From Verrucomicrobiia bacterium (lineage in GTDB: Bacteria; Verrucomicrobiota; Verrucomicrobiia; Limisphaerales; UBA11358): a stretch of DNA of 64,000 nt. The translations under genes and the position numbers were made by a program. The notes beneath the pieces are model-generated. The model was not told where the DNA came from. It worked only from the letters and a program-made list of their open reading frames with translations, and did no database searches. The DNA lies in NCBI GenBank assembly GCA_049280815.1, contig JBAPQW010000014.1, forward strand, positions 76,893 to 140,892, in the 5' to 3' direction. Below, in pieces: positions 18,296 to 28,156 of the stretch; position 1 is the first letter of the stretch; every line of letters begins with the position of its first letter.

Positions 18296-20287
18296 CTAAG
18301 CGGGCGGCGGCGACTTCGGCAACAGCCGGGAGATGATCACCAGCAAGGCCATCACCACCAGCGCGAGAATGCCCCAGAACACCACCCCGCCTTTGCCGGG
18401 GATTTGATACTCGCGCCACGATGATTTCAGGAGTTGCTGTTCGGTGCCGGGCAGAGCGATGGCCTTGTCCGCCGACAATAATTGCCCGGCAACCAGGCTG
18501 AGGTCGTAGCTCGGGGTGGTGGCGTGCGGATGGCCGTAGTACAGGAAGAGCTGATCGTCCGACCCGGTTTTGAACAAGATGCGCGTTGCGGGATAACCGA
18601 GCTGAAATTTCTCCAGCGCAATCGGCGGGTTGTCGCCGTTGTGCGTTTCCAAGAACAGCGTGTCGCTGCGGGGCGGGCTGTCGAGGGCCAGGAAAAATTC
18701 CCCGTTCTTGCGATCGGGCTTTTGCACCCAGGAAACCCCGCCCAAACCATGCCGGTATTTTTCACCGCGTTCGTCGGTGAGTTCCTCGTAAAGTGTCATT
18801 TCACGCTGGAACAAAAGCGTTTCCGTGGCGCAACTCAGACGCGTCACGGGCAGGTTGGATTGCGGCAGCTTGATGATCCAGCGGCTGATTCTGGGATCTT
18901 TCGCGTCATTGGTGACGGTTACTGTCGGTGCCAGGAGACGGCTGATGGAGGTGTGTTCGAGGATGTAAGGCACCTGGTTGCTGCCGTGCAACAGCCGCAA
19001 ATTCGGGAAGCCGGGTTGCGCGTGCGCGAGCACCTCCGGTTCCAGCTCCAATTGTTGTGCCCCGGCACGGGTAATTTTCACCGGCTGGCGAAATTTCCAT
19101 GCCGACACATCCAGTGCCGGGCCGGTTTCCTCGATGCCGGGCAGGACTTCCGTCGGGCGATAATTTGGGTTGTCCGCCGGTGGTGAAAACTTGATCGGCG
19201 AAACCGGCACGGATTTGAGGTTCATGTCCAGCGCGGCCAGATCGTAGTGTGGCGCGGGACACTGCGGGTTGTCCGTCAGCAGATGGTAAATGCCTGCCTG
19301 GCGCGCGAGAAACACGAGATATACCGGGCGCCGTTCCACACGCACCGCGGTGATGGGCAAAGGCGGGCTGTCCTGATTTTCAATGAACAGGAGCAATTCC
19401 CGTGAACGGACCTGGCTTTCCACGGGAGCCAAAAGGCTTTCCACCGCAGGTTGGCCTTCGATGGCGACGCGGTAAATCACACCCTGCCCAATGGTTTGCT
19501 CGTGAATGTAGTCTTCCGAAATCTGTGGTACGGCGAAAGTCACGTGCCGGCTGAAAAGCGGCTCGGCGGTTTCAATTTGGACGGCGGTGAGGCTCAAATT
19601 CGCTGCCCCGAGATTCAACGCCAACCGCGTCGCTCCGGGGTTTTCACTGCGTTCGGCAATGGTCACCGGCAGCCAGCCGGTCGGGGCCGATTCGGTCACG
19701 GCCACGCGGATGTGCGCGCCGGTGAGGGGGATCGGTGCTGAACGCTGGTCGTCCACCGTCAGTCGCAGCCATGGCCATGTGCCGGCGGGAAAGGAGACAT
19801 GGAGCCGGCTCGCACCGTCCGGCTGCCGGAAAATCGGTTGTCCCGGCTCGAGGGTCTGCCAGTGATTGAGGTCGGGGGAACCTTCAATGCGCACCGGTTT
19901 GATGAAACTTGCCGCCGGGGTTTCCAGCGCGACATCATCGAGCGGTTGGGTCAATCCGGTCTCCAGCACGATGACCGTATTGCTCGGGGTCAACGAGGCA
20001 TGGAATGATTTTACGTTTCGAACAACTTTCACCGCCGGGACCGGGCGTTCAATCACGTAAGGCACTTCGTTGCCCGCAGCGTCGTAGAGCCGCAGGTCTT
20101 CCAGCGCGGGCCGCGCGGCATCGAGGGTTTCAATCGGCAAGTCCAGTTTTACCAGTCCGGACGCGGGCACGTTAAACGGCTGTTCGTGCTGCCATTCGGC
20201 GGGCAGGCCCGCCGCGTTGGCCGAAAACCCCCAGGCCAACGTGAAGACGCAGAGCCAGGTCGGCCAGGATCTATGGGTTCGATTCAT
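18296..20287 (-). CDS. DUF3999-like secreted/membrane-anchored protein
   Basis: Start set to ATG 20287, giving a signal peptide MNRTHRSWPTWLCVFTLAWGFSANA. There is a C-terminal TM (VVFWGILALVVMALLVIISRLL). Family assignment is from memory of the DUF3999 pattern and its pairing with DUF2339. It overlaps the upstream gene's end by 17 nt. Confidence 0.6.
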   Translation of the reverse strand: MNRTHRSWPTWLCVFTLAWGFSANAAGLPAEWQHEQPFNVPASGLVKLDLPIETLDAARPALEDLRLYDAAGNEVPYVIERPVPAVKVVRNVKSFHASLTPSNTVIVLETGLTQPLDDVALETPAASFIKPVRIEGSPDLNHWQTLEPGQPIFRQPDGASRLHVSFPAGTWPWLRLTVDDQRSAPIPLTGAHIRVAVTESAPTGWLPVTIAERSENPGATRLALNLGAANLSLTAVQIETAEPLFSRHVTFAVPQISEDYIHEQTIGQGVIYRVAIEGQPAVESLLAPVESQVRSRELLLFIENQDSPPLPITAVRVERRPVYLVFLARQAGIYHLLTDNPQCPAPHYDLAALDMNLKSVPVSPIKFSPPADNPNYRPTEVLPGIEETGPALDVSAWKFRQPVKITRAGAQQLELEPEVLAHAQPGFPNLRLLHGSNQVPYILEHTSISRLLAPTVTVTNDAKDPRISRWIIKLPQSNLPVTRLSCATETLLFQREMTLYEELTDERGEKYRHGLGGVSWVQKPDRKNGEFFLALDSPPRSDTLFLETHNGDNPPIALEKFQLGYPATRILFKTGSDDQLFLYYGHPHATTPSYDLSLVAGQLLSADKAIALPGTEQQLLKSSWREYQIPGKGGVVFWGILALVVMALLVIISRLLPKSPPPA

Positions 20288-23200
20288 TTTTGGTATCCTT
20301 GTCTTTGGCGGCGGAGGCATAGAAACGCTGGTAGGCGAACGATGCCAGCATGGCAATCACCGCCACGCCGATGAACGCGCCGATGCGGTAAAGTTGGTTG
20401 AGCCGGGCCAGGTCGTGGAAGAAAAGTTTCAGCAGCGTTACGCTCAACAAGCCGATGGCGCTGTACCGTGCCGCCGGGATATTCCGGAGAATGCCGGCCA
20501 CCAGCAGCACCAACGCGAACAACGCCCAGGCGATGGAAAAAGTCATGTCACGTTGGAAGATGATGTCGGGCGAAACTTCGCTGCTGAATTTGAACGTCAG
20601 CGTCGAGCCGGGTTCGCTGAAGAAATCGGCGATTTCGATGTTCAACAGCAGAAAGGCCAGCACCGTTCCCAGACCCGCCAGGAGGGGCGGCGTGTTGGAC
20701 TGCAAGATCAGATTTCGCGGCGGGGCGAGCAGCCGCGCGCCGGCGAACAGGCAGACGGTCACGATGCCGTAAGCATAGAGATACCAGTTCAAAATTGGCG
20801 TGGCGCTGCGCGCATGGTATTCGAGCACGGCGGGATTGAAGACCAGCCGGACGAAGGCGGCCACGAGCAGCCCGACGCCGGTGAGTCGCAGGCCGGGATG
20901 CGGTACGCGCTGGAACAGCCAGAGCAACGCAGTGCCTTCCAGCGCCCAGCCGATGGTGATCCATTGGCGGTCGAATTGGATCGGGAAAATGAGCGTGATG
21001 AAAAACAACGCCACGCCGCCGAACCAGGCCAGTTGGGTCAGGCGTGCCGGGTTCTCTGGAATTCTCTTCACTACCACGATCAGACTCAACAACGGCGGCA
21101 AAGCAAACGCCGCCGGCAATAAACCCATGACTTGATTCGGATACGCCACGGTGACGAGCCGATGGATGAGGAAAAATTGCGGCAGACCAGCCATGGCGGC
21201 GGTGGCCCATGGAACTACCCGGTCCCCAAACTTTTTCAGGAACAGGAACGGGAACAGCGCGAACACCGCGTAGAAAATCAAATACCACGTCAGTGGCAGG
21301 TTCGGCGATGCGTTCGGATTCACGGCGTCAAACCGGTTGAAGTGCCAGGCGCATTCCAGTGCCGTGACGCAGGCCAGACCGACGGCGGGCAGCCAGTCCT
21401 GCGAAAACATTTTCGCCACCCCCAGCAGCAGCACGACCAGGAGCAGGGCGAGCCCGAAGACTGGCGACGGATTTGCCAGCGGCAGCCGCAACGTGGCCAT
21501 GATGAGCAGCAGAAACGGCAGCGCCGCCGAGAACGCCGGCAGCAGCGCGGCCAGATTTTCCGATTGCAAGGCGTCCTCGTTTGGGTTGATGGCCTTGATG
21601 AGCCAATCAGGTTTCAGTTTGCGCACGGCCCAGACGCTCACCGCAACGAAGAAAACCGCAAATACACCGAGCAGGAAAAAGGACGTGGGCAACCCGGTGA
21701 GTTCCACGGGGATTTTAAAAATCAACGCCCCGGTGGCGGCGAGGGTGAGCACCATCACGACCAGCACGGGCAAGAGCGAGGCCATCACCACGGCCAGCCC
21801 GATGGCCAAAACATCCACCAGCAGGACGAACGGCCAGACGATGAACGAAACTTCCGCGAGTTGGAAAATGGGGATGAGCACCAGCACCAGCGCCAGGGGC
21901 GGGAACAGCTGGCAGCCCCACAACGGTGCGCGGATTCCATACCGGCGTTGCAGCAAGACCGGGAACACCGAATGGACGACGGCCAAGATGAGATAAAACG
22001 CAAGGGCCGGGTTCAATAAGTCGTTGCTCAACGAATGGGCAGTCCAGATGCCGAGCAATCCGAAGACGGCGAGGCCGGCGACTGGCTGGACCGGGGCCGT
22101 TTCTTCGTCGAGCGGGACGAGGGCGGCCACCACAAAATCAATGAGAAAAACAAAACCGAACATCAGCCACGGCCGTTGTGCCAGCGAGGGAAAGGCCAGG
22201 AACCAGGCGGTGAACACCAGCGCGACGGCGGCCAGCCCCAGCGTGGAACCCGAAAGCCATTTGTTCGTCAGCCTCCGGCTTTTGGCCCACGCAACGGCGG
22301 CGAGGTAAAGCAGGTTGAATCCAAGCAGAACGGCCAGCGCCACCAGGATTTTGTCGCCTTCAAAATATTTTTCCGGCTCGAAAAACTTTCCCGCCCAGCC
22401 GATTTGCATGAAGGCGGTTCCGGCGGCAGCCAGCGCGGTCAGGAAATCCCAACGACGGTTCAGCGCCACCACAATCAGGCCGGCATCGAGGATGGCGATG
22501 TAACCGAACAGGCCCAGCGGGTTATCCTGTCCGGTGGAGAGCAGGACGGGGGTGAGGAAACCGCCCAACATGCCGAGGATGGCCACGACCATGGCATTGA
22601 GCCGGATGGCGAGCAGGAAGGCGGTGGTGGTGATGAGCACCATCAGCAGGAAAGTCGGGAGCGGTCCGAAAAATTCAAAGTGATAGATGGAGCGGCAGGC
22701 GAAGGTGACGGCATAAAGAATCACCACGCCGGTGGCGCACAGGGTTTGCGCCCCGACGGCGTATTGCCTGCGCCGCTGCAACCAGGAACCGCCGACGAGC
22801 AGGCCGACGCCGGTGAGAAAACCGAAGGCCATGCGGAGTTCCGGCGAAATCAGGTTGTGGTCGAAGGAATATTTGATGGCAAAGGCAATGCCGAGGAAGA
22901 AGGCCAGCCCGGCGGCCCAGGCAAATCCTTTCACTCCCAGAAATTGTTCCCAATTGATGGCCGGAGTGGCCGCGGATGGCAGGGGTGGCGCCCGTTCCGG
23001 TTTGGGTGCGATGGGAGGAATCGGAGGCCGGACCAGCGGGGGCGGGACAGTCCCCGCGGTTTGCGCGGATGCGAAAACAGGCGCTTCCTCAGGTTGAACT
23101 GCCGGGGTCGCGGCTGGCGGCACGCCTTCCCGTTGTTTCTGGAGAATTTGTTCCCGGGTTGGCAGCGTGAAAACTGGCGGCGGTTCCGGTGCGGGCGCCG

Positions 23201-23399
23201 GCTCTGGCTCCGATTCAACCGGTTTTACGGATTCCCGTTCCCGTTTCAGCCGGTAAACCTCCGCTTCGAGTCCACCCAGGCGCCGGGACAGTTCGTCGAT
23301 GCGGTTGCCAGCCTGCACCGCGCGCGCAATCAGCCAGATGGCCAGAACGAGGGGAACACCGAGAACCGCCAGGACGATGAGCGGTATCATTGCTTCCAT
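20271..23399 (-). CDS. DUF2339-like large polytopic membrane protein
   Basis: 1042 aa with an N-terminal TM, a coiled coil (NRIDELSRRLGGLEAEVYRLKRERE), a Pro-rich linker and then more than 20 predicted TM helices. This is the architecture I associate with DUF2339. Confidence 0.65.
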   Translation of the reverse strand: MEAMIPLIVLAVLGVPLVLAIWLIARAVQAGNRIDELSRRLGGLEAEVYRLKRERESVKPVESEPEPAPAPEPPPVFTLPTREQILQKQREGVPPAATPAVQPEEAPVFASAQTAGTVPPPLVRPPIPPIAPKPERAPPLPSAATPAINWEQFLGVKGFAWAAGLAFFLGIAFAIKYSFDHNLISPELRMAFGFLTGVGLLVGGSWLQRRRQYAVGAQTLCATGVVILYAVTFACRSIYHFEFFGPLPTFLLMVLITTTAFLLAIRLNAMVVAILGMLGGFLTPVLLSTGQDNPLGLFGYIAILDAGLIVVALNRRWDFLTALAAAGTAFMQIGWAGKFFEPEKYFEGDKILVALAVLLGFNLLYLAAVAWAKSRRLTNKWLSGSTLGLAAVALVFTAWFLAFPSLAQRPWLMFGFVFLIDFVVAALVPLDEETAPVQPVAGLAVFGLLGIWTAHSLSNDLLNPALAFYLILAVVHSVFPVLLQRRYGIRAPLWGCQLFPPLALVLVLIPIFQLAEVSFIVWPFVLLVDVLAIGLAVVMASLLPVLVVMVLTLAATGALIFKIPVELTGLPTSFFLLGVFAVFFVAVSVWAVRKLKPDWLIKAINPNEDALQSENLAALLPAFSAALPFLLLIMATLRLPLANPSPVFGLALLLVVLLLGVAKMFSQDWLPAVGLACVTALECAWHFNRFDAVNPNASPNLPLTWYLIFYAVFALFPFLFLKKFGDRVVPWATAAMAGLPQFFLIHRLVTVAYPNQVMGLLPAAFALPPLLSLIVVVKRIPENPARLTQLAWFGGVALFFITLIFPIQFDRQWITIGWALEGTALLWLFQRVPHPGLRLTGVGLLVAAFVRLVFNPAVLEYHARSATPILNWYLYAYGIVTVCLFAGARLLAPPRNLILQSNTPPLLAGLGTVLAFLLLNIEIADFFSEPGSTLTFKFSSEVSPDIIFQRDMTFSIAWALFALVLLVAGILRNIPAARYSAIGLLSVTLLKLFFHDLARLNQLYRIGAFIGVAVIAMLASFAYQRFYASAAKDKDTKNESNP

Positions 23400-23650
23400 A
23401 AAGTTTACTTTCGGTGAACGGAGGCTTGGTTAAGCGCAGTTTGCGCGTCGCTGCGAGGATTTGGCAAGAAGGAATGGACCCGTTTGTCCGCGCCCAGCCC
23501 AGCCGGACGGGCCTTGATTTTGGTTTGCCTCATGCCACGATCATAGCCGCCGGGTTCCGGGAAGGTGAATTGATAAAATCTTCACCAGCATTGCTTCAAA
23601 CAATGCCAAGGAGGCCCTCATTGCCGTGTTGATTTGTCCAAAATGTCCTG

Positions 23651-23678
23651 TTGACTTCGTCCGCGCGTTTGGTAATTT
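23651..23678 (+). promoter_or_regulatory. putative sigma70-type promoter of rplM-rpsI
   Basis: TTGACT (23651-23656), 16-nt spacer, TAATTT (23673-23678), 25 nt upstream of ATG 23704. Confidence 0.35.
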
Positions 23679-23703
23679 CTTTGTTCCTTTGCTCAATTTT
23701 AAG

Positions 23704-24138
23704 ATGAAAACGTATTTGCCGAAAGTGAATTTGGACCAGCGAAAGTGGCACGTGATTGACGCCGACGGTGCCATTCTCGGTCGTCTGGCCGTGCAGGTGG
23801 CCGATGTTTTACGCGGCAAAAACAAGCCGATCTACACGCCGCACCTCGATGCCGGCGATTTTGTCGTGGTCATCAACGCCGAAAAGATCCGTCTCACCGG
23901 CAAGAAGGAAACGGCGAAGGAATTCATGACCTATTCCGGCTGGAAAGGCGGCGAGAAATACACCTCCGTGGCCCAGATGCGCGCCAAAAATCCTGAAAAA
24001 CTCATCACCCATGCGGTCAAAGGCATGATTCCGAAAAACCGGCTCGGCAGCCAGTTGCTGACCAAGCTCAAAGTTTTCAAGGGCCCAAACCATCCGCATG
24101 CAGCCCAGCAACCCGAACCGCTCAAGGTGGCGGCTTGA
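23704..24138 (+). CDS. rplM: 50S ribosomal protein L13
   Basis: MKTYLPKVNLDQRKWHVIDADGAILGRLAVQVADVLRGKNKPIYTPHLDAGDFVVVINAEKI. Start at ATG 23704 (M27 of the ORF). Confidence 0.95.
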   Translation: MKTYLPKVNLDQRKWHVIDADGAILGRLAVQVADVLRGKNKPIYTPHLDAGDFVVVINAEKIRLTGKKETAKEFMTYSGWKGGEKYTSVAQMRAKNPEKLITHAVKGMIPKNRLGSQLLTKLKVFKGPNHPHAAQQPEPLKVAA

Positions 24139-24144
24139 TTTTCC

Positions 24145-24165
24145 CTCAACCCTCAACGCTCAACT
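24145..24165. repeat. heptamer array CTCAACC CTCAACG CTCAACT
   Basis: Three 7-nt units occupy most of the 32-nt rplM-rpsI spacer and end 5 nt before the rpsI ATG. Confidence 0.85.
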
Positions 24166-24170
24166 GACCG

Positions 24171-24572
24171 ATGGCTGAATCCAAAATCACCGAATATCTC
24201 GGCACGGGACGGCGCAAGACCGCCGTCGCGCGCGTCCGGCTTGCGTCCGGCAACGGCAAAATCACCGTCAACGGACGCCAGTTTGAAAATTATTTCCCGC
24301 TGGAAACATTGCGGGTGACCGCAACGCAGCCGCTGACCCTCACCGGCACGGCTGAAAAATTCAACACGCGCATCAACGTCAGCGGCGGCGGGCCCAATGG
24401 CCAGGCCGGCGCGGTGCGGCACGGCATTTCCCGGGCGTTGTTGCAATTCGACGCGACCTTGCGGGGCGCCTTGAAGGCTGAGGGTTTCCTCACGCGCGAT
24501 TCGCGCATGAAGGAGCGCAAGAAATACGGCCAGCCGGGCGCGCGCAAACGCTTCCAATTCTCGAAACGTTGA
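24171..24572 (+). CDS. rpsI: 30S ribosomal protein S9
   Basis: [16 protein letters not shown]...[19 protein letters not shown]...[25 protein letters not shown]. Confidence 0.95.
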   Translation: MAESKITEYLGTGRRKTAVARVRLASGNGKITVNGRQFENYFPLETLRVTATQPLTLTGTAEKFNTRINVSGGGPNGQAGAVRHGISRALLQFDATLRGALKAEGFLTRDSRMKERKKYGQPGARKRFQFSKR

Positions 24573-24590
24573 TCGCGCTGGAGATTTCCA

Positions 24591-24627
24591 AGCCCCGCTG
24601 GTTCAATCCGGCGGGGCTTTTTGTTTT
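24591..24627 (+). terminator. rho-independent terminator after rpsI
   Basis: AGCCCCGC (24591-24598) pairs with GCGGGGCT (24611-24618), followed by TTTTTGTTTT. Confidence 0.8.
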
Positions 24628-24633
24628 CGAGCC

Positions 24634-24667
24634 TGTAGCAGCCGACGTGGGGAGGCTCCGGCTGATT
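24634..24667. repeat. REP-like element (TGTAGCAGC ... CCGGCTGATT type)
   Basis: TGTAGCAGCCG...CCGGCTGATT. The same two motifs recur at 28031-28088. Local pairings are GAGCC/GGCTC and CAGCCG/CGGCTG. Confidence 0.5.
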
Positions 24668-24769
24668 GGGTTGGAGACAAATGATTGACCGTTTAATTTG
24701 AGCCTCGCTGCCTCGGCGGCTGCAAATAACATTTTTTTCTTTGCGTCTTTGCGTTAATAGAAAGGTGGT

Positions 24770-25831
24770 ATGAATCTTAAGAAAGTTGCCATTGTCGGCG
24801 CGTCCGGTTACTCCGGTGAGGAACTCGTGCGCCTGTTGCTGAGCCATCCCCATGTGGAACTGGCGGCGGTGACCTCGCGTCAATATGCCGGGCAAACGCT
24901 GGCGCAGGCGTTTCCCAGGTTTGCGGCCCACTCGCAGGCAAAACAACTGCGATTCTCCGAGCCGAACGCCGCGCTGCTCGCCAGGCAGGTGGACGTGGTC
25001 TTCCTGGCGCTGCCGCATGGCGTCGCCGCCGAATACGCCGTGCCGCTGCTCGACGCGGGATGCGTGGTGATCGACCTCAGCGCGGATTTCCGGTTGAAGA
25101 GCGCCGGGATTTACAAGGAGTTTTACACCCATGACCATCCCGCCCCGGATTTGCTGGAAAAATCGGTCTATGGCCTGCCGGAAATTTATCGCGAAGAGAT
25201 CAGAAAATCGATGCTGGTGGCAGCGCCAGGCTGTTATCCAACGAGCATTCTCCTGCCGTTGATTCCGTTGCTGAAAGCCGGGTTGATCCAGCCGGCCGGC
25301 ATCATCGCCGATTCGTTGAGCGGCGTCAGCGGAGCGGGTCGCAAGGCCGAGTTGGATTACCTGTTTTGCGAATGCAATGAAAGCGTGCGGCCTTACGGCG
25401 TGCCCAAGCACCGGCATCTGTCGGAAATCGAGGAACAGCTTTCGCTGGCCGCCGGCACCCCGGTCATCCTCCAGTTCACACCGCATTTGATTCCGGTGAA
25501 CCGCGGCATTTTGACGACGCTTTACCTCGCGCCGGAAAAGCCTTTTGCCAACCCGACGGAAATGGATGGGCTGGGCAAAAGGATTTCAGCCTGTTATGCA
25601 GCGGCTTACGGCGACGAACCGTTCGTGCATCTGCTCGAAGACAAGGCGCTGCCCGACACCAAGAATGTCATCGGCACCAACACGATCGAAATCGCCTGGC
25701 GGCTCGATCCGCGCACGGGCCGGCTCCTGGTCATGAGCGCCGAGGATAATCTGATCAAGGGCGCGAGCGGCCAGGCCGTGCAAAGCCTGAACCTCATCTG
25801 CGGTTTCCCGGAGACGGCCGGGTTGGTCTGA
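24770..25831 (+). CDS. argC: N-acetyl-gamma-glutamyl-phosphate reductase
   Basis: VAIVGASGYSGEELVRLL, active-site region VAAPGCYPTS, C-terminal DNLIKGASGQAVQSLNL. Confidence 0.93.
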   Translation: MNLKKVAIVGASGYSGEELVRLLLSHPHVELAAVTSRQYAGQTLAQAFPRFAAHSQAKQLRFSEPNAALLARQVDVVFLALPHGVAAEYAVPLLDAGCVVIDLSADFRLKSAGIYKEFYTHDHPAPDLLEKSVYGLPEIYREEIRKSMLVAAPGCYPTSILLPLIPLLKAGLIQPAGIIADSLSGVSGAGRKAELDYLFCECNESVRPYGVPKHRHLSEIEEQLSLAAGTPVILQFTPHLIPVNRGILTTLYLAPEKPFANPTEMDGLGKRISACYAAAYGDEPFVHLLEDKALPDTKNVIGTNTIEIAWRLDPRTGRLLVMSAEDNLIKGASGQAVQSLNLICGFPETAGLV

Positions 25832-25840
25832 GTGGGTAAG

Positions 25841-26650
25841 ATGTCCACATCTGTTTTGCCAACCGCCCGGTGGAACGCGGCTGAATATGCCGCGAATTCC
25901 GCCGTGCAGCAAACCTGGGCGCGTGAGCTCATCGCGCAACTTCAACTGCGCGGCGACGAGCGGATCCTCGATGTCGGTTGCGGCGACGGCAAGGTGACGG
26001 CGGAAGTTGCGCATGCCGTGCCTCGCGGTTCAGTCACCGGCATTGATGCTTCGCCGCAGATGATTGAGTTCGCCCGCATGACCTTTCCGCGGGGCAAGGT
26101 TTCCAACCTGGAATTTCACGTCATGGACGCGCGCAAAATCCGCTTCAACCGGGAGTTCGACCTGGTTTTTTCCAATGCGGCGCTGCATTGGATTGACGAT
26201 CATCAGGCGTTTCTGTCCGGTGCGTCGGTGTGCCTGCGGTCCGGCGGGCAACTGGTCGTTTCGTGTGGCGGTAAGGGCAACGCGCATGACGTTTTTATCG
26301 CCTTGCGCCCTGAAATGCGACTCAAACGCTGGCGCCACTATTTCCGAAAGCTTGAAAAACCGTATTTCTTCCACAGTCCCGCGGAATATGAAAAATGGCT
26401 GCCGCAGTTCGGCTTTAAGTCGTGCGGCATCAAGCTGACGCCCAAAGATGCGGTTTACGCCGGGCTGGCCGGACTGGCCACTTGGCTGCGCACGACCTGG
26501 CTGCCCTACACCCAACGCTTGCCCGAGGGGGTGCGCGAGGAATTCATCACTGCCGTCACGGATCGCTATGTGGCCAGACATCCACCCGATGCCGAAGGCT
26601 ATGTCCACGTCAAAATGGTGCGGCTGGAAATTGACGCGGTAAAAGTTTGA
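25841..26650 (+). CDS. class I SAM-dependent methyltransferase (Tam-like)
   Basis: WNAAEYAANSAVQQTWA and SAM motif I ILDVGCGDGKVT. ATG 25841 preferred over GTG 25832. Confidence 0.8.
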   Translation: MSTSVLPTARWNAAEYAANSAVQQTWARELIAQLQLRGDERILDVGCGDGKVTAEVAHAVPRGSVTGIDASPQMIEFARMTFPRGKVSNLEFHVMDARKIRFNREFDLVFSNAALHWIDDHQAFLSGASVCLRSGGQLVVSCGGKGNAHDVFIALRPEMRLKRWRHYFRKLEKPYFFHSPAEYEKWLPQFGFKSCGIKLTPKDAVYAGLAGLATWLRTTWLPYTQRLPEGVREEFITAVTDRYVARHPPDAEGYVHVKMVRLEIDAVKV

Positions 26651-26690
26651 AAACCACCGGCGTATTTCGCAATTTGCGCCCGTGACCGAT

Positions 26691-28022
26691 ATGAAAAAGT
26701 TGTTCAAAGAAATTCAAGGTTCCATCGTCGCTCCGCGGGGTTTTCTCGCCAGCGGCGTGTTTTGTGACATCAAACGCCTTGGCACCGGCAAGGGTTCGAA
26801 CAAGGGGCCCAAACGTGATCTGGCGCTGATTGTCTCCGAGGTGTCGGCGACCGTCGCGGGCATGTTTACGACCAACCAGGTTTGCGCGGCGCCGGTGAAG
26901 ATTTGTGTCGAGCGCGTGAAAAAGGGAACGGCCCGGGCCGTGGTCCTCAATTCCGGCAACGCCAACGCCTGCACCGGCCGGCAGGGTTTGCAGGACGCGC
27001 AGGAGATGGTTCGCTACACCGAGCGCGCATTGGCCTTTCCGAAAGGCTCGGTCCTGGTCGGCTCGACCGGGCGTATCGGCGTCACGATGCCCATGGACAA
27101 CATCCGGGCGGGAATCATCGAGGCCTGCGTGGAATTGGGTTCCACCGCCGCCCACGCTGCCCACGCGGTCGAAGCCATCATGACGAGTGACACGCGGCCC
27201 AAGCAACTGGCGGTTGAATTCAAGCTGGGCGGAAAAACCGTTCGCCTCGGAGGCATCTGCAAGGGCGCGGGCATGATCCAGCCAGGCATGAGTGCCACGG
27301 GTGCGCGGCCCGCCGCGCTGCCGTTGCATGCAACCATGCTGGGTTTCATCACCACGGATGTTGCCATCGAGGCCGGGGTTTTGCAGGCCGCGCTGTGCGA
27401 AGCCGTCGCGCATAGTTTTAATCGCATCACCGTGGACGGCGACATGAGCACGAACGACACGGTGCTCGTGCTGGCGAACGGGCTGGCGGGGAACAAAAAC
27501 ATCCAACATCCAACATCCAACATCCAACATCGCATTTTTCAAGCGGCGCTCAACCACGTTTGCCTCGAGCTGGCCAAAATGATCGTCCGCGACGGCGAAG
27601 GCGTTCATCGCGTGGTGACGGTGCGGGTGAGCGGCGCGAAGACAGTTCAAGATGCCGATGCTGCGGCGCGCGCGGTGGCGAACAGCGCGCTGGTGAAAAC
27701 CAGCTGGCATGGCGGCGATCCGAACTGGGGCCGCATCATGGATGCGCTCGGCTATTCACCGGCCAGAATCGTCGAGGAAAAAGTGGACATCGGGTATAGT
27801 TCCGCTGACCGCAAAAAAATCCTGTGGAGCCTCAAACACGGGCAGCCGACGAAGGCGACATTCAAACAACTTTGCGCCGCCGTGGCGCCGAAGGAATTCG
27901 ATTTGCACGTCAACCTGAATCTTGGCCGGGCTGGGGCGGTGATTTACGCCGCGGATTTGACCGAGGAATATGTGGACTTCAACAAGGGCGACGTGGGCGA
28001 TCCGGGTTCGCTGGGGGGCTAA
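26691..28022 (+). CDS. argJ: bifunctional ornithine acetyltransferase / N-acetylglutamate synthase ArgJ
   Basis: GFLASGVFCDIK, self-cleavage region PLHATMLGFITTD, IVRDGEGVHRVVTVRVSGA. ATG 26691 preferred over GTG 26682. It contains the AACATCC heptamer array. Confidence 0.92.
   Translation: MKKLFKEIQGSIVAPRGFLASGVFCDIKRLGTGKGSNKGPKRDLALIVSEVSATVAGMFTTNQVCAAPVKICVERVKKGTARAVVLNSGNANACTGRQGLQDAQEMVRYTERALAFPKGSVLVGSTGRIGVTMPMDNIRAGIIEACVELGSTAAHAAHAVEAIMTSDTRPKQLAVEFKLGGKTVRLGGICKGAGMIQPGMSATGARPAALPLHATMLGFITTDVAIEAGVLQAALCEAVAHSFNRITVDGDMSTNDTVLVLANGLAGNKNIQHPTSNIQHRIFQAALNHVCLELAKMIVRDGEGVHRVVTVRVSGAKTVQDADAAARAVANSALVKTSWHGGDPNWGRIMDALGYSPARIVEEKVDIGYSSADRKKILWSLKHGQPTKATFKQLCAAVAPKEFDLHVNLNLGRAGAVIYAADLTEEYVDFNKGDVGDPGSLGG
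27498..27532. repeat. heptamer array AACATCC x4 + AACATCG inside argJ
   Basis: 35 nt of exact period-7 repeat, translated in frame as NIQHPTSNIQH. Confidence 0.9.
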
Positions 28023-28030
28023 GTTTTGTT

Positions 28031-28100
28031 TGTAGCAGCGGGCGTTAGTCCGCTCATTTATTCAGCGAAAAGTTGGAACCGGCTGATTTCGGCTGCTACG
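28031..28100. repeat. REP-like element (GTAGCAGC ... GCTGCTAC)
   Basis: GTAGCAGC (28032-28039) pairs with GCTGCTAC (28092-28099). It contains CCGGCTGATT (28079-28088), as in the 24634 copy. Confidence 0.55.
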
Positions 28101-28111
28101 GTCAACATACT

Positions 28112-28139
28112 AAAGCCGCCGGATTGCTCCGGCGGCTTT
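28112..28139. terminator. bidirectional terminator between convergent argJ and ilvC
   Basis: AAAGCCGCCGG (28112-28122) pairs with CCGGCGGCTTT (28129-28139). It is T-rich on both strands beyond the stem. Confidence 0.75.
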
Positions 28140-28156
28140 CAATATTTTAGCAGATC

